This document shows positions 34,228-49,220 of a stretch of 64,000 nt of DNA, one piece after another. Made by a program: the position numbers and the translations under genes. Position 1 is the stretch's first letter. Each line of letters opens with the position of its first letter. Where the stretch lies: contig JAGAJO010000004.1 in the NCBI GenBank assembly GCA_017626015.1, positions 46,713-110,712 of the forward strand, read 5' to 3'. The DNA comes from Ruminococcus sp. Lineage in GTDB: Bacteria > Bacillota > Clostridia > Oscillospirales > Ruminococcaceae. The notes under the pieces are model-generated. The model made no database searches and was not told the origin of the DNA. It worked only from the letters and a program-made list of their open reading frames with translations.

Positions 34228-36588
34228 ATGTCAGACACAATGAACATTTCTCCCGAGCTGCTGGAGAAAATGAACAGATATTGGGACGCCGCCAATTACC
34301 TTTCAGCAGGTCAGCTTTATCTGTTGGACAATCCCCTTCTTCGTGAGCCTCTTAAAAGAGATCATGTCAAGAAGAAAATCGTAGGTCACTGGGGAACGGT
34401 CCCCGGACAGAATTTCATTTATGTACACCTCAACCGTGTCATCAAAAAATACGATCTGGATATGATCTATATCTCGGGACCCGGTCACGGAGGAAACTTC
34501 ATGGTAGCCAACACATATCTTGAAGGCTCCTATTCCGAGGTCTACCCCAACATTTCCAGAGATGAGGAGGGTATGAAAAAGCTGTTCAAGCAGTTCTCGT
34601 TCCCGGGCGGTATATCCTCCCACGTTGCGCCGGAAACTCCCGGCTCTATAAACGAGGGCGGCGAGCTTGGATATTCCCTTGCTCACGCATTCGGTTCGGT
34701 ATTTGACAATCCCGAGCTTATCACCACCTGCGTTGTGGGAGACGGCGAGGCGGAAACTGGTCCTCTTGCAACGGCATGGCACTCAAATAAATTCCTTAAC
34801 CCCGTTACCGACGGAGCAGTTTTACCCATACTTCACCTCAACGGCTACAAGATCTCCAACCCCACCGTATTCTCCAGGATCACCCATGAGGAGGTAAAGA
34901 GCTTTTTCGAGGGCTGCGGCTGGAAGCCCTACTTCGTAGAGGGTGACGATCCGATGACAATGCATAAGCTTATGGCGGAAACTCTTGACACTGTCATTGA
35001 GGAGATCAAGTCCATACAGAAAAATGCAAGAGAAAACGGCTGCAAGGAGCGTCCAAGGTGGCCGATGATAGTTTTCCGTTCCCCCAAGGGCTGGACAGGT
35101 CCCAAGGTCGTTGACGGAAATAAGATAGAGGGCACCTTCAGGGCTCATCAGGTCCCCATGACAATGGAGCAGCCCGAGCATATGAAGCAGCTGGAGGAAT
35201 GGCTCAGAAGCTACCGTCCCGACGAGCTTTTCGACGAAAACGGCAGACTTATCCCCGAGCTTGAGGAGCTGGCTCCTACAGGAAACCGCAGAATGGGCGC
35301 AAATCCCCATGCAAACGGCGGACTTCTTTTAAGAGATCTGAGACTTCCGGATTTCAGGGACTATGCGGTGGACGTACCCGCTCCCGGAGCTGCGGAGGCC
35401 CAGGATATGATCGAGCTTGGCGGCTTTGTAAGGGACATTTTCAAGCTGAATGAGGAAAGCAGGAATTTCCGTATTTTCGGACCTGACGAAACAATGTCCA
35501 ACCGTCTTGGAAAGGTATTCGAGGCTACAAACAGAGACTGGAACGCCGAGACAACCGAGGGCGACGAATTTCTTGCGTCCAACGGCAGAGTAATGGATTC
35601 CATGCTGTCAGAGCATATGTGCGAGGGCTGGCTGGAGGGCTACCTTCTCACCGGACGTCACGGCTTCTTTGCAAGCTACGAGGCGTTTATCAGGATAGTG
35701 GATTCCATGTTCTCACAGCACGCAAAATGGCTCAAGGTAACCTCCGAGCTGCCTTGGAGACAGAAGATCGCTTCTCTTAACTACATACTGTCGTCAAACG
35801 TTTGGCAGCAGGATCACAACGGCTTCACGCATCAGGATCCCGGCTTCCTTGACCACGTTGCAAACAAGAAGGCGGACGTTGTAAGAATGTATCTCCCGCC
35901 TGACGCCAACTGTCTGCTCAGCTGCTTCGATCACTGCATACGCTCAAAGAACTATGTGAACGTTATCGTTGCCTCCAAGCACCCGAGACAGCAGTGGCTG
36001 ACTATGGAACAGGCTGTAAAGCACTGCACACAGGGCATAGGCATCTGGGAATGGGCGTCCAACGACCACGGACAGGAGCCTGACGTAGTACTTTGCTGCT
36101 GCGGAGATACCCCTACTCTCGAGTCGCTTGCCGCAGTCACAATACTAAGGGCAAACCTCCCGCAGGTAAAGATCAGATTTATAAACGTTGTGGATCTTTT
36201 CAAGCTCCAGCCTAAGTCCAAGCACCCGCACGGACTTTCCGACGCTGAGTTTGACGCACTTTTCACCAAGGATAAGCCTATCGTGTTCGCTTTCCACGGA
36301 TATCCTACCCTTATCCATGAGCTGCTTTACCACAGAAACAACAGAAACCTGTATGTATGCGGTTACAACGAGGAGGGTACAATAACGACTCCCTTCGACA
36401 TGAGAGTCCAGAATGAGATCGACCGTTTCCACCTTGTACTGGAGATCCTAAAGAGACTTCCTCAGCTTGGCAACACCGGCGCATATCTGTATCAGATGAT
36501 GCAGGACAAGCTGGTCGAGCATAAGCAGTACATTGCAGAATACGGTCAGGATCTGCCCGAGATCCGTGACTGGAAATGGGATCTGTAA
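34228..36588 (+). CDS. xfp: xylulose-5-phosphate/fructose-6-phosphate phosphoketolase
   Basis: About 786 aa; [15 protein letters not shown] and the full-length phosphoketolase pattern. ATG 34228 is preferred (GGAGG 7 nt upstream). Confidence 0.95.
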   Translation: MSDTMNISPELLEKMNRYWDAANYLSAGQLYLLDNPLLREPLKRDHVKKKIVGHWGTVPGQNFIYVHLNRVIKKYDLDMIYISGPGHGGNFMVANTYLEGSYSEVYPNISRDEEGMKKLFKQFSFPGGISSHVAPETPGSINEGGELGYSLAHAFGSVFDNPELITTCVVGDGEAETGPLATAWHSNKFLNPVTDGAVLPILHLNGYKISNPTVFSRITHEEVKSFFEGCGWKPYFVEGDDPMTMHKLMAETLDTVIEEIKSIQKNARENGCKERPRWPMIVFRSPKGWTGPKVVDGNKIEGTFRAHQVPMTMEQPEHMKQLEEWLRSYRPDELFDENGRLIPELEELAPTGNRRMGANPHANGGLLLRDLRLPDFRDYAVDVPAPGAAEAQDMIELGGFVRDIFKLNEESRNFRIFGPDETMSNRLGKVFEATNRDWNAETTEGDEFLASNGRVMDSMLSEHMCEGWLEGYLLTGRHGFFASYEAFIRIVDSMFSQHAKWLKVTSELPWRQKIASLNYILSSNVWQQDHNGFTHQDPGFLDHVANKKADVVRMYLPPDANCLLSCFDHCIRSKNYVNVIVASKHPRQQWLTMEQAVKHCTQGIGIWEWASNDHGQEPDVVLCCCGDTPTLESLAAVTILRANLPQVKIRFINVVDLFKLQPKSKHPHGLSDAEFDALFTKDKPIVFAFHGYPTLIHELLYHRNNRNLYVCGYNEEGTITTPFDMRVQNEIDRFHLVLEILKRLPQLGNTGAYLYQMMQDKLVEHKQYIAEYGQDLPEIRDWKWDL

Positions 36589-36608
36589 TTTAACATAAGT
36601 ATATATAA

Positions 36609-36646
36609 AGATCCGCCGTCTGGTACCAAACGGCGGATCTTTTTCT
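36609..36646 (+). terminator. rho-independent terminator of xfp
   Basis: 11-bp stem AGATCCGCCGT/ACGGCGGATCT followed by TTTTTC. Confidence 0.75.
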
Positions 36647-36650
36647 TAAT

Positions 36651-36744
36651 ATTAAGGAAAATGTATCTCTCCCCGCATACACCCGAATACGTTATCTGCG
36701 AGACAGTGAATTTTAAAACAGCGATCTATCCGTGCTTCCTTAAT
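36651..36744 (+). repeat. family-2 intergenic repeat, copy b (with 9-bp terminal inverted repeats)
   Basis: ATTAAGGAA at 36651-36659 and TTCCTTAAT at 36736-36744. Internal blocks are identical to copy a. Lies between the xfp terminator and the stop of the convergent gene. Confidence 0.7.
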
Positions 36745-36755
36745 GCGGGCAAATA

Positions 36756-37094
36756 TCAGTTGACGCCCTCCGCAAAGGTAATGGGAACTCCGAAAAGCAC
36801 TCCTGCATTAGGTGCGGAAAGATCTCCGGTAACGTCGGTTATCGCTTTTCTTGCAGCGTCTACCTGCTCATCGCTTACCGCAACAAAGATCGTCTTGCCC
36901 TTCTGAGCTGCGTCTTCGCCGTTAAGTATGGAGCGGAGAACTCCTATCATGGGCAGATTATCCATACCTGAGATGGACTTAGCCATTCCGATACTGTCTA
37001 TACAGGTCCCGCCCTTTATGCCTGCGTTTGCAAGAGATCTCATAATATCATCAACAAGCTCCACTCTCTTTATCACCAAAAACAATAACTGCAT
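36756..37094 (-). CDS. small P-II-like (GlnB-fold?) protein, unknown function (112 aa)
   Basis: MQLLFLVIKRVELVDDIMRSLANAGIKGGTCIDSIGM has a beta-alpha-beta pattern like P-II proteins. GGAAAGGAAG RBS precedes ATG 37094. The longer track ORF would overlap prmA. Confidence 0.4.
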   Translation of the reverse strand: MQLLFLVIKRVELVDDIMRSLANAGIKGGTCIDSIGMAKSISGMDNLPMIGVLRSILNGEDAAQKGKTIFVAVSDEQVDAARKAITDVTGDLSAPNAGVLFGVPITFAEGVN

Positions 37095-37149
37095 ACTGAT
37101 TACTTCCTTTCCCTGTTCGATTTGTAATTTTCTATTTAACAGATCTTTT

Positions 37150-38115
37150 TTATTTTGTAAAAGAGGCTGCGACCCAATCCTCCTTCTCACGGATCTCGTT
37201 AAGAACAAAGCCGTGAGCTTTTATAACGTCCAGCACCTCGTCCTTGCGGGAATCTATTATCCCCGATACTATAAGCGTTCCGCCGTCTCTGAGAAACTCT
37301 CCGAAGCAGCCGCTCATGCCTATAAGCACATCGGCAACTATATTGGCGCAGAGCAGATCGTATCCTCCCCCTATCCTGTCTCTCAGTTCTGCATCTTCGA
37401 TAACGTTTCCGCAGTAGGCTGTATACCTGCCGCCGCTTATATGGTTCTTCAGAGCGTTTTCCCCTGCGATCTTTACGGAATTTTCGTCTATATCCACGGC
37501 GCAGACGCTTTCAGCACCCAGCAGTACAGCTCCGATAGAAAGTATCCCGCTGCCGCAGCCGAGATCGAGTATCCTGTCGCCCTCGGAAAGATTTTTCTCC
37601 ACAAGCTCCAGACAAAGCTGGGTCGTGTTGTGCTGTCCCGTGCCAAAGCTTGATGCGGGGTCGATCTCAAGGATCCTGCGCTTTTCATTTTCGTCAGCCT
37701 TTTCCCACGACGGTTTGATAAGAAGCTTCTCTCCGACGCAGATAGGCTTAAAATACTTTTTCCAGTTGTTAGCCCAGTCCTCCTCACGGACATTGTTGAG
37801 ACGGTATTCCAGTCTGCCGAATGCGCTGTTCACGTCTCTTTCCTTAAGAGCCTTAAGCTCAAGCTTTACCGCTTCGAGATTTTCAAGTCCCTGAGCATTT
37901 TCCGGAAGATAAACGGTAACGGTAGTCTCACAGTTTTTAAGACCCATCAGGTCATCGTCTATGTAATCCCAGTTGGCGTCCTTGTCGTTGAGAAAATCCT
38001 CAAAATCCTTGGCGTCCTTGATCACAAAACCGTTTATTCCCATTCCCAGAAGACTGCCGGTAACAGGCTCTATACCCTCGGTAGAGGTAAAAATATCAAG
38101 CTCTATCCAATTCAT
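37150..38115 (-). CDS. prmA: ribosomal protein L11 methyltransferase
   Basis: IDPASSFGTGQHNTT, ILDLGCGSGILS, ANIVADVL motifs. Confidence 0.9.
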   Translation of the reverse strand: MNWIELDIFTSTEGIEPVTGSLLGMGINGFVIKDAKDFEDFLNDKDANWDYIDDDLMGLKNCETTVTVYLPENAQGLENLEAVKLELKALKERDVNSAFGRLEYRLNNVREEDWANNWKKYFKPICVGEKLLIKPSWEKADENEKRRILEIDPASSFGTGQHNTTQLCLELVEKNLSEGDRILDLGCGSGILSIGAVLLGAESVCAVDIDENSVKIAGENALKNHISGGRYTAYCGNVIEDAELRDRIGGGYDLLCANIVADVLIGMSGCFGEFLRDGGTLIVSGIIDSRKDEVLDVIKAHGFVLNEIREKEDWVAASFTK

Positions 38116-38389
38116 AAGCGTTTTTCCTTTCGGGAATAATTAATATTTATAATTATACCATATTTTAAGTCTTTTGTAAAGTCTATTTAAAGAAAATACT
38201 TCATAAATTAAATGTTGATAATTGTTAACATTCAACAAAAATCAAGAGAATCTTGTCGGATAGATACCATTTTAAATTCTTTGCTTGTCAAAATTCAAAG
38301 AAAATTTACAAAAGGCGATCCCGATTATGCTATAATATAAGATGATTTTGCAGATCAATAACATTATCTTTTTGAAAGGAAGAGTAAAA

Positions 38390-39607
38390 ATGAGTGAAAT
38401 AAACAGGGAAAAGGAAGAAAGCATTAAAAATATGAGCTTTACGACCAGAGCTATCCATATCGGAAACGAGCCTGATCCCGCTACGGGAGCTATCGAGCCT
38501 CCTATAAATATGGCAAACAGCTTTGTCCTGCCGTACGATCCCTCAACTATGAACTGGTCTGCCTCCGAGGGAAATATTTACACAAGAAACGGCGGCGTTA
38601 ATCAGGGACTGCTCCAGAAAAAGATAGCCAATCTTGAAGGAGGCGAGGACTGCGTTTGCCTTGCCAGCGGAGTTGCGGCGCTGTCTGCGCTGTTTTTCAC
38701 AAAGCTGAAAAAGGGCGACCACGTTATTTTCTCCAAGGTTACATACATCGCTACCTACAGGATCTTCAACGAGCTGTGGTGCGACAAGTGGGGTATCGAA
38801 ACGTCTATAGTTGACTGCACGGACATAGAAGCTATAAAAGCGGCGATAAGACCGAACACACGTCTTATCCATTTCGAGACTCCCGGCAATCCGACTCTTT
38901 GCATATGCGACATTGAGGCTATCGTGAAGCTTGCGCACGAACACGGCATACTTGTATCGGCGGACAACACCTTCTCGTCCCCGTACAATACCCGTCCACT
39001 GGAATACGGAGTTGACTTTGTTGTGGAAAGCCTTACAAAATACATTAATGGTCACGGCGACTCAATGGGAGGCGCTATTATAGGAAATCACGAGGATATG
39101 GAAAAGATCCGCTATCAGGCTCAGGTAAATATCGGCGGAGTTATAAGCCCGTTCAACGCATGGCTCATCATGAGAGGAGCGGTAACGTTCCCGCTGAGGA
39201 TGCAGGTACATAACGATAACGCTCTTGCAGTTGCCCGGTGGCTTGAAAAACAGCCCTGCGTAAGCTTTGTGGCGTATCCGGGACTTGAAAGCCACAAGGG
39301 TCACGAGCTTGCAGTAAAGCAGATGGAGCATGGCTTCGGCGGAGTTCTCTGCTTCGGTCTGAAGGGCGAGCATGATCTGTACAACAGAGTCGTTACACAC
39401 CTTAACGTGTTTACCTCTGCGGTCTCGCTGGGACACGACGCAAGCCTTATCGTTTTCCTGGGCGAGGACGATGAAAGAATGTACCTTTATCCCGAGGAGT
39501 TCCACGGCGGATTTTACCGGGTCGCTATCGGTATAGAAGATAAAAACGACCTTATCGCCGATCTTAAGCAGGCGTTTAAGGCTGAAGGACTGGAGACGGC
39601 GGACTGA
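38390..39607 (+). CDS. Cys/Met-metabolism PLP-dependent enzyme (methionine gamma-lyase / O-acetylhomoserine sulfhydrylase family)
   Basis: PLP-lysine motif ESLTKYINGHGD. ATG 38390 has a GAAAGGAAGAG RBS. Confidence 0.8.
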   Translation: MSEINREKEESIKNMSFTTRAIHIGNEPDPATGAIEPPINMANSFVLPYDPSTMNWSASEGNIYTRNGGVNQGLLQKKIANLEGGEDCVCLASGVAALSALFFTKLKKGDHVIFSKVTYIATYRIFNELWCDKWGIETSIVDCTDIEAIKAAIRPNTRLIHFETPGNPTLCICDIEAIVKLAHEHGILVSADNTFSSPYNTRPLEYGVDFVVESLTKYINGHGDSMGGAIIGNHEDMEKIRYQAQVNIGGVISPFNAWLIMRGAVTFPLRMQVHNDNALAVARWLEKQPCVSFVAYPGLESHKGHELAVKQMEHGFGGVLCFGLKGEHDLYNRVVTHLNVFTSAVSLGHDASLIVFLGEDDERMYLYPEEFHGGFYRVAIGIEDKNDLIADLKQAFKAEGLETAD

Positions 39608-39628
39608 TACAGCCTTGGAGGTGTAAAA

Positions 39629-40315
39629 ATGCAGCAGAGTCATGAAGGTCATAGGGAGCGTATGCGTGAACGTCTCCGCAAAAGCGGCTCTCTCGACGGC
39701 TTTGCGGAGCATGAGATACTTGAAATGCTGCTTTTTTACGTTTATCCCAGAGGCAATACCAATCAGCTTGCGCACGAGCTTATCGAAAGGTTCGGCTCTC
39801 TGAAAGGCGTTATGAACGCTTCAAAGGACGAGCTTATGCAGGTCAGATCCGTAGGGGAAAGCTGTGCGCTGGCAATAGGCTTTTTCAATATGCTATGCGG
39901 ATATGTGCGCCGTCAGGAGCTTGGAGGGATCGACGTAAGGGACTACGGAAAAATGCTTGAATACATCCCGACCTTTTTCACAGAGGAAAAGAACGAGAAA
40001 TTTAAAATATTCTGCGTAAATTCCTCCTGCCGCATACAAAGCGTTTCGGACGTTTCCTCCGGTACTGAAAATTCTGTTCCGGTAAATTTCAAGGAGCTTA
40101 CCAGAACAGTCCTTAACAGCGGCTGCCGGATCGTGGTTCTGGCGCACAATCATCCGGGCGCTCCGAACACTCCGTCTCAGGAGGATATTGCGGTGACAAG
40201 AGAGATCATAAACTATCTGAAAATGCTGGACATCACGGTCCTTGATCACTACGTTGTAGGGATAAACGGAATAATGTCCATGAGAAGCTGCGGAATGATA
40301 CACGGCGAGGAATGA
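39629..40315 (+). CDS. radC: RadC-family JAB-domain protein
   Basis: HRERMRERL...ELLEMLL N-terminus, HhH segment, JAMM motif HNHPGAPNTPSQEDIAVT. Confidence 0.85.
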   Translation: MQQSHEGHRERMRERLRKSGSLDGFAEHEILEMLLFYVYPRGNTNQLAHELIERFGSLKGVMNASKDELMQVRSVGESCALAIGFFNMLCGYVRRQELGGIDVRDYGKMLEYIPTFFTEEKNEKFKIFCVNSSCRIQSVSDVSSGTENSVPVNFKELTRTVLNSGCRIVVLAHNHPGAPNTPSQEDIAVTREIINYLKMLDITVLDHYVVGINGIMSMRSCGMIHGEE

Positions 40316-40377
40316 CTGCATATTCAGCGTCATATCACGAAAATATCCATGAATCACTTATATTTGGAGGTATAGTT

Positions 40378-40719
40378 ATGCCATTTATCAACGTTAAAAC
40401 CAACATATCGGTTCCAAAGGACAAGGAAATCGCTGTCAAAGCTGCGATCGGTGAAGCGATAACCGTAATTCCCGGCAAATCGGAAAGCTGGCTGATGGTC
40501 GGTATCGAGCCTGAGCATATCCTTTATTTTAAGGGAGACGACTCCCCTGCCGCAATGGTTGATGTCAGCATTTTCGGCAAGGCAGATCCCACTGCTTTTA
40601 ACGCTCTTACCGGAATGCTGTGCGATATCCTCAGCGAACAGCTTGCTATCCAGCCGTCACGCATATATGTAAAATACTCCGCAACCCCTGACTGGGGCTG
40701 GAACGGTTCAAACTTCTGA
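40378..40719 (+). CDS. MIF/phenylpyruvate tautomerase family protein (113 aa)
   Basis: MPFINVKTN N-terminus (catalytic Pro-1 pattern). GGAGG lies 7 nt upstream of ATG 40378. Confidence 0.6.
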   Translation: MPFINVKTNISVPKDKEIAVKAAIGEAITVIPGKSESWLMVGIEPEHILYFKGDDSPAAMVDVSIFGKADPTAFNALTGMLCDILSEQLAIQPSRIYVKYSATPDWGWNGSNF

Positions 40720-40787
40720 CGGTCAGGAGGTTTATACCACTGCGGATCTGTCAGAGACACAGATATACAGCGATACAATAAAATACC

Positions 40788-40823
40788 GGCGGCTTCGGAG
40801 CAGATCCGGAGCCGCCTTATTTT
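40788..40823 (+). terminator. terminator of the tautomerase gene
   Basis: GGCGGCTTCGG-agcagat-CCGGAGCCGCC followed by TTATTTT. Confidence 0.6.
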
Positions 40824-40824
40824 C

Positions 40825-40863
40825 CGCAAAAAAGCCCGCATATGCAACTAAGCATATACGGGC
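40825..40863 (-). terminator. terminator of rpoC
   Basis: GCCCGTATATGC/GCATATGCGGGC stem with one mismatch, followed on the minus strand by TTTTTT; about 30 nt after the rpoC stop. Confidence 0.6.
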
Positions 40864-40895
40864 TGAACTTTTTATGCAAACCGATCGGTGCCGGT

Positions 40896-44474
<3,579 letters not shown>

Positions 44475-44568
44475 CAGCTGTACCCTCTTCCTGTTTAAAA
44501 TGATAACGTGTGTATGTCAGGCTCCGCCGGTGGAACTCTACAGCCGGCAGGATCCTGTTATTTCGGTA

Positions 44569-47500
44569 TTACTCGTCGAGGAACAAATCGGAATCGTCGC
44601 TGCCGAAGTCGTCAAGATCTCCGTCATCTATCTCTGAGAGTCCGTCCTCGTCCTCAGCCATGAAGCCCTCCTCAAAGTCGTTTGCTTCTGCGGACATTTC
44701 CGTGTTGTCGTCAGCGTATGCCGTTGCCGGAACAAAATCGTCGTCGTCGTCAAACTTCTGCTTAAGATCGATCTCCTCGTTGTTGATGTTGAGTACCTTA
44801 ATGTCGAGACAGAGGGACTGAAGCTCCTTGATAAGGACCTTGAATGCCTCGGGAACGCCCGGCTTAGGCACATTCTGTCCCTTTACGATAGCTTCGTAGG
44901 TCTTGACACGTCCGTTAAGGTCGTCGGACTTGACAGTAAGGATCTCCTGAAGAGTGTAAGCAGCGCCGTAAGCCTCCAGCGCCCATACTTCCATTTCACC
45001 GAATCTCTGACCGCCGAACTGAGCTTTACCTCCGAGAGGCTGCTGTGTTACCAATGAATAAGGTCCTACCGAACGTGCGTGGATCTTATCGTCTACCAGA
45101 TGGTGGAGCTTAAGGTAATACATATATCCCACAGTAACTCTGTTATCAAACTTTTCGCCTGTTCTTCCGTCATAAACGGTGAACTTTCCGTCCTCGCTCA
45201 TGCTCAGTGCGTTAGGATTGATGACCTCGTCCATAGGATGTATCTCAAAGTCGTCGTCCTTATGCTCAAGATAATTCTGCTGAGCCATTTTGAAGCATTC
45301 TCTGATATCAGCCTCGTGTGCGCCGTCGAATACGGGAGTCATGATCTTCCAGCCGAGAGCCTTTGCAGCCATACCCAGATGTACTTCAAGTACCTGTCCG
45401 ATATTCATACGGGAAGGTACGCCCAGAGGGTTAAGGCAGATATCCAGCGGAGTACCGTCTTCAAGGAACGGCATATCCTCCTGAGGGAGTATTCTGGAGA
45501 CAACGCCCTTGTTTCCGTGACGGCCCGCCATTTTATCGCCGACAGAGATCTTTCTCTTCTGGGCAATATAGCATCTTACCAGCATATTGACTCCGGGAGA
45601 AAGCTCGTCGCAGTTTTCTCTTGTGAATATTTTTACATCTATTATAGTACCGGCTTCGCCGTGGGGAACCTTAAGAGAATTATCCCTTACCTCTCTTGCC
45701 TTTTCTCCGAAAATAGCTCTGAGAAGTCTCTCCTCTGCGGTAAGCTCTGTTTCTCCCTTAGGAGTTACCTTTCCTACCAGAATATCGCCCGAGCGTACCT
45801 CTGCGCCTATTCTGATTATACCGTTTTCGTCCAGATCCTTGAGAGCGTCCTCACCGACGTTGGGGATATCCCTTGTGATCTCCTCGGGTCCCAGCTTGGT
45901 GTCTCTCGCCTCAGTCTCCAGATCCTCAATGTGTATAGAAGTGTACTTATCCTGCTTTACAAGATTTTCATTAAGCAGAACGGCGTCCTCATAGTTATAG
46001 CCCTCCCATGTCATAAAGCCGATGAGAGCGTTTTTACCCAGTGAAAGCTCTCCGTTGGAAGTAGCAGGACCGTCTCCGATGATCTGATTTGCCTCGATCC
46101 TGTCGCCCTTGTCAACGATAGGTCTCTGGTTGGTGCAGGTGCCGGCATTTGAACGCTTGAACTTTGTAAGCTCGTAGGTGTGAAGATTTCCGCTGTCCTC
46201 TCTTACCACGATCTTATCGGCGTCAACGCTTTCCACAACGCCTGCGGCAGTTGATACCACAGCTACGCCGGAATCACGGCACGCCTTGTATTCCATACCC
46301 GTACCGACTATCGGGGACTCTGTTTTAAGCAGCGGCACAGCCTGCCTCTGCATGTTTGAACCCATAAGGGCACGGTTTGCGTCGTCGTTTTCAAGGAACG
46401 GGATACAGGCGGTAGCCACTGAAACTACCATTTTAGGCGATACGTCCATGAAGTCGATCTTTTCACGCTCGATCTCAAGGATCTGATCTCTGTATCTTCC
46501 GTTTACCTTGGCTCTTGCAAATTTATGATCCTCGGTAAGAGGCTCGTTTGCCTGAGCCACCATGAAGTTATCCTCCACGTCGGCGGTCATATAAACGACC
46601 TCGTCGGTGACAACGCCGGTCTCCTTGTCGACCTTTCTGTAGGGTGCCTCGATGAAACCGTACTGATTGATCCTTGCAAATGATGCAAGATAGGAGATAA
46701 GTCCGATGTTAGGACCTTCAGGGGTCTCGATAGGACACATTCTGCCGTAGTGAGTATAGTGTACGTCACGGACCTCGAATCCGGCACGGTCTCTTGAAAG
46801 TCCTCCGGGACCCAGTGCGGAGAGACGTCTCTTATGCGTAAGCTCTGCCAGAGGGTTATTCTGATCCATGAACTGTGACAGCGGAGACGAGCCGAAAAAC
46901 TCTCTGATCGCCGCAGTGATAGGTCTTATATTGATGAGGGCGGCGGGAGTTACGACCTCGGAATCCTGAGACTGTATATTCATTCTCTCACGAATAACTC
47001 TCTCCATTCTTGTAAATCCGATCCTGAACTGGTTCTGGAGCAGCTCTCCTACCGAACGGATCCTTCTGTTGCCAAGATGGTCTATATCGTCCACTGTGCC
47101 CACGCCGTCGCACAGATTAAGGAAATAGGATACCGTTGCAACGATATCATCTATAACTATATGCTTGGGAACAAGCTCGTCCGCTCTTGCACGGACATTT
47201 TCCATAAGCTCCTCTTCGCCGTCGGACTCCTCAAGGATCTCCTTAAGAACGGCAAAGGAGACCTTTTCATGGATACCGCACTCTTCGGGATCGAAATCAA
47301 CATAAGCGGACATATCGACCATTCCGCTGCCGATGATCTTGACCTCCTTATCCACAAGCTTTGTAATGGTCTCGCCTGTGGGAGCAGTCTCGTACTCCTT
47401 GACCTCAACGGTAACGTAAGCTTCCTTAACGCCTGCCGTCTCGATCTCCATTGCCTTCTCGTAGCTTACAAGCTCTCCCTCGTCAGCCATTACCTCGCCG

Positions 47501-48414
47501 GTCATGGGGTTGGCAACGGGTCTTGTGAGCCTGTGTCCCGAAAGTCTGGAGCCTATGCCCAGCTTTTTGTTGTATTTATATCTTCCGAATCTGGAAAGAT
47601 CGTATCTCTTTGCGTCGAAAAACAGATTGTGCAGATGCGTCTCAGAGGACTCCACTGTAGGCGGCTCGCCGGGGCGGAGCTTCTGATATACCTGGAGCAG
47701 CGCCTCCTCACGGTTGGCAGTCTGATCCTTCTGCATTATTGTCTGGGTAAGTCTTTCGTCAACGCCGAAAACCGCCTCTATCTCCTCGTTGGTGCCGAAG
47801 CCCAGCGCTCTTATAAAGGTAGTTATCGGAATTTTTCTGTTCTTATCGATCCTGACATATACCACGTCGTTGGAGTCCATTTCATACTCCAGCCACGCAC
47901 CTCTGTTAGGGATAACGGTGGTCTTGAACAGATCCTTTCCCGTTTTATCCTTGTCAAAAGCGTAGTAAACACCCGGAGAACGAACCAGCTGCGAAACTAT
48001 AACACGCTCCGCACCGTTGATAACGAAGGTACCGCTGTCGGTCATCAGCGGGAAATCTCCCATGAAGACCTCGGACTCCTTGATCTCGCCGGTCTCAAGG
48101 TTGTTAAGCCTTGCGGTAACTCTCAGCGGAACGTTGTATGTTGCGTCCCTCGCTTTGCACTCGGCAATGGTATATTTAGGTGTATCGTCAAAGCGGTAGC
48201 CGACAAAGGTAAGCTCCAAATTTCCGTTGTAGTCGGTAATTGCCGATACATCGTTGAATACCTCTTTGAGACCCTCATCCAGAAACCACTGATACGAGTT
48301 CTTCTGCACCTCGATAAGGTTAGGCATTTCCAAGACTTCATTGATCTTAGCAAAGCTTTTTCTGGTATTTTTACCAAGTTTTACATCCTTGACATTCACC
48401 ATAGGCTCGATCAC
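44569..48414 (-). CDS. rpoB: DNA-directed RNA polymerase subunit beta
   Basis: 1281 aa; full RpoB pattern ([23 protein letters not shown]), with an acidic C-terminal tail. Confidence 0.97.
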   Translation of the reverse strand: MIEPMVNVKDVKLGKNTRKSFAKINEVLEMPNLIEVQKNSYQWFLDEGLKEVFNDVSAITDYNGNLELTFVGYRFDDTPKYTIAECKARDATYNVPLRVTARLNNLETGEIKESEVFMGDFPLMTDSGTFVINGAERVIVSQLVRSPGVYYAFDKDKTGKDLFKTTVIPNRGAWLEYEMDSNDVVYVRIDKNRKIPITTFIRALGFGTNEEIEAVFGVDERLTQTIMQKDQTANREEALLQVYQKLRPGEPPTVESSETHLHNLFFDAKRYDLSRFGRYKYNKKLGIGSRLSGHRLTRPVANPMTGEVMADEGELVSYEKAMEIETAGVKEAYVTVEVKEYETAPTGETITKLVDKEVKIIGSGMVDMSAYVDFDPEECGIHEKVSFAVLKEILEESDGEEELMENVRARADELVPKHIVIDDIVATVSYFLNLCDGVGTVDDIDHLGNRRIRSVGELLQNQFRIGFTRMERVIRERMNIQSQDSEVVTPAALINIRPITAAIREFFGSSPLSQFMDQNNPLAELTHKRRLSALGPGGLSRDRAGFEVRDVHYTHYGRMCPIETPEGPNIGLISYLASFARINQYGFIEAPYRKVDKETGVVTDEVVYMTADVEDNFMVAQANEPLTEDHKFARAKVNGRYRDQILEIEREKIDFMDVSPKMVVSVATACIPFLENDDANRALMGSNMQRQAVPLLKTESPIVGTGMEYKACRDSGVAVVSTAAGVVESVDADKIVVREDSGNLHTYELTKFKRSNAGTCTNQRPIVDKGDRIEANQIIGDGPATSNGELSLGKNALIGFMTWEGYNYEDAVLLNENLVKQDKYTSIHIEDLETEARDTKLGPEEITRDIPNVGEDALKDLDENGIIRIGAEVRSGDILVGKVTPKGETELTAEERLLRAIFGEKAREVRDNSLKVPHGEAGTIIDVKIFTRENCDELSPGVNMLVRCYIAQKRKISVGDKMAGRHGNKGVVSRILPQEDMPFLEDGTPLDICLNPLGVPSRMNIGQVLEVHLGMAAKALGWKIMTPVFDGAHEADIRECFKMAQQNYLEHKDDDFEIHPMDEVINPNALSMSEDGKFTVYDGRTGEKFDNRVTVGYMYYLKLHHLVDDKIHARSVGPYSLVTQQPLGGKAQFGGQRFGEMEVWALEAYGAAYTLQEILTVKSDDLNGRVKTYEAIVKGQNVPKPGVPEAFKVLIKELQSLCLDIKVLNINNEEIDLKQKFDDDDDFVPATAYADDNTEMSAEANDFEEGFMAEDEDGLSEIDDGDLDDFGSDDSDLFLDE

Positions 48415-48544
48415 TCCTTAATTTATTTCAAAAATGTCACTGCGCAAACGCCCGTAAAATGCGTCTGCACCACGAATTTTCACCGAAGCATTCCTTATTT
48501 ATATAAAGAAAAAGGTGTAAAAATCCATTATGATACAGTATACA

Positions 48545-48573
48545 ATTATATCATACCGCACAACCCTTGTCAA
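48545..48573 (-). promoter_or_regulatory. perfect consensus sigma-A promoter of rpoB (TTGACA-17-TATAAT)
   Basis: Minus strand reads cTTGACAagggttgtgcggtatgaTATAATtgt, about 130 nt upstream of the rpoB ATG. Confidence 0.6.
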
Positions 48574-48689
48574 GACTTTTACACCTTACAAATATTCGAT
48601 TTTAACCATTTTCTGCGTTTTAAACAAAAATCGCAAAATTCGGGCGGGAAAGTTCTACAATTACCGTTCTGTGAGCATTTTGTAAATTT

Positions 48690-49220
48690 TTAGTTAACGT
48701 CATCCTTTTTTATTTCATCAAAAACGGTATTATAAAACTCCTTATATGACGTCTCATCAATGTCATAGGCTTTTATCTTACCTTCTCCGGCTTTATAAAC
48801 CGCCACGTTGTAATTCTCAGAAAGAGCCATTCTGCCGTCATAATAAGTACAAAGCCACAAAGTTATATCTTCTTCATGATTTTCGCACCAGCTTACTTCT
48901 AAGACCTGATATGAGGTTTTATTAGATTTTATATACTCTGTTTCATTCTCATCGGTTATAAATTCGTTATAGAACTTATGAACACTTTCATCTATCACAT
49001 CATTCTGAGAATAAAATCCGCTGCCGCCCTCTCCTACTATCAGATCATTATCGTTTTCAGCAGTGAAAAATAATGAGCATTGATACCTTGGTTTATCCGG
49101 ATAACTTTCCTCAATAAAGCTTTCTGCCGTCGTTTTATCTTCATGATTTTCTGCACAGCCTGTAAACATAACAGCAAATATGATAATCATACATATCTCT
49201 TTAATTCTTACCATTTTCAT
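48690..49220 (-). CDS. lipoprotein, unknown function (AT-rich)
   Basis: Signal peptide with lipobox VMFTGCAEN; 176 aa. Its start abuts the comM/yifB stop. Confidence 0.55.
   Translation of the reverse strand: MKMVRIKEICMIIIFAVMFTGCAENHEDKTTAESFIEESYPDKPRYQCSLFFTAENDNDLIVGEGGSGFYSQNDVIDESVHKFYNEFITDENETEYIKSNKTSYQVLEVSWCENHEEDITLWLCTYYDGRMALSENYNVAVYKAGEGKIKAYDIDETSYKEFYNTVFDEIKKDDVN

Noticed and set aside
38116-38389. Possible SAM (S-box) or other riboswitch upstream of the Cys/Met PLP-enzyme gene
   Set aside because: I looked for the S-box and T-box core sequences and for a terminator/antiterminator pair. Only an AT-rich spacer with a TGcTATAAT promoter about 50 nt from the start is present, so there is not enough leader for a riboswitch.
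39062-39775. 237-aa minus-strand ORF across the PLP-enzyme/radC junction
   Set aside because: It overlaps two well-supported plus-strand genes in antisense, and no family signal was found.
44569-44751. About 60-aa strongly acidic C-terminal tail of RpoB
   Set aside because: Firmicute RpoB proteins, for example in Bacillus, commonly end in acidic, poorly conserved tails. It is notable only for its length, not evidence of anything new.
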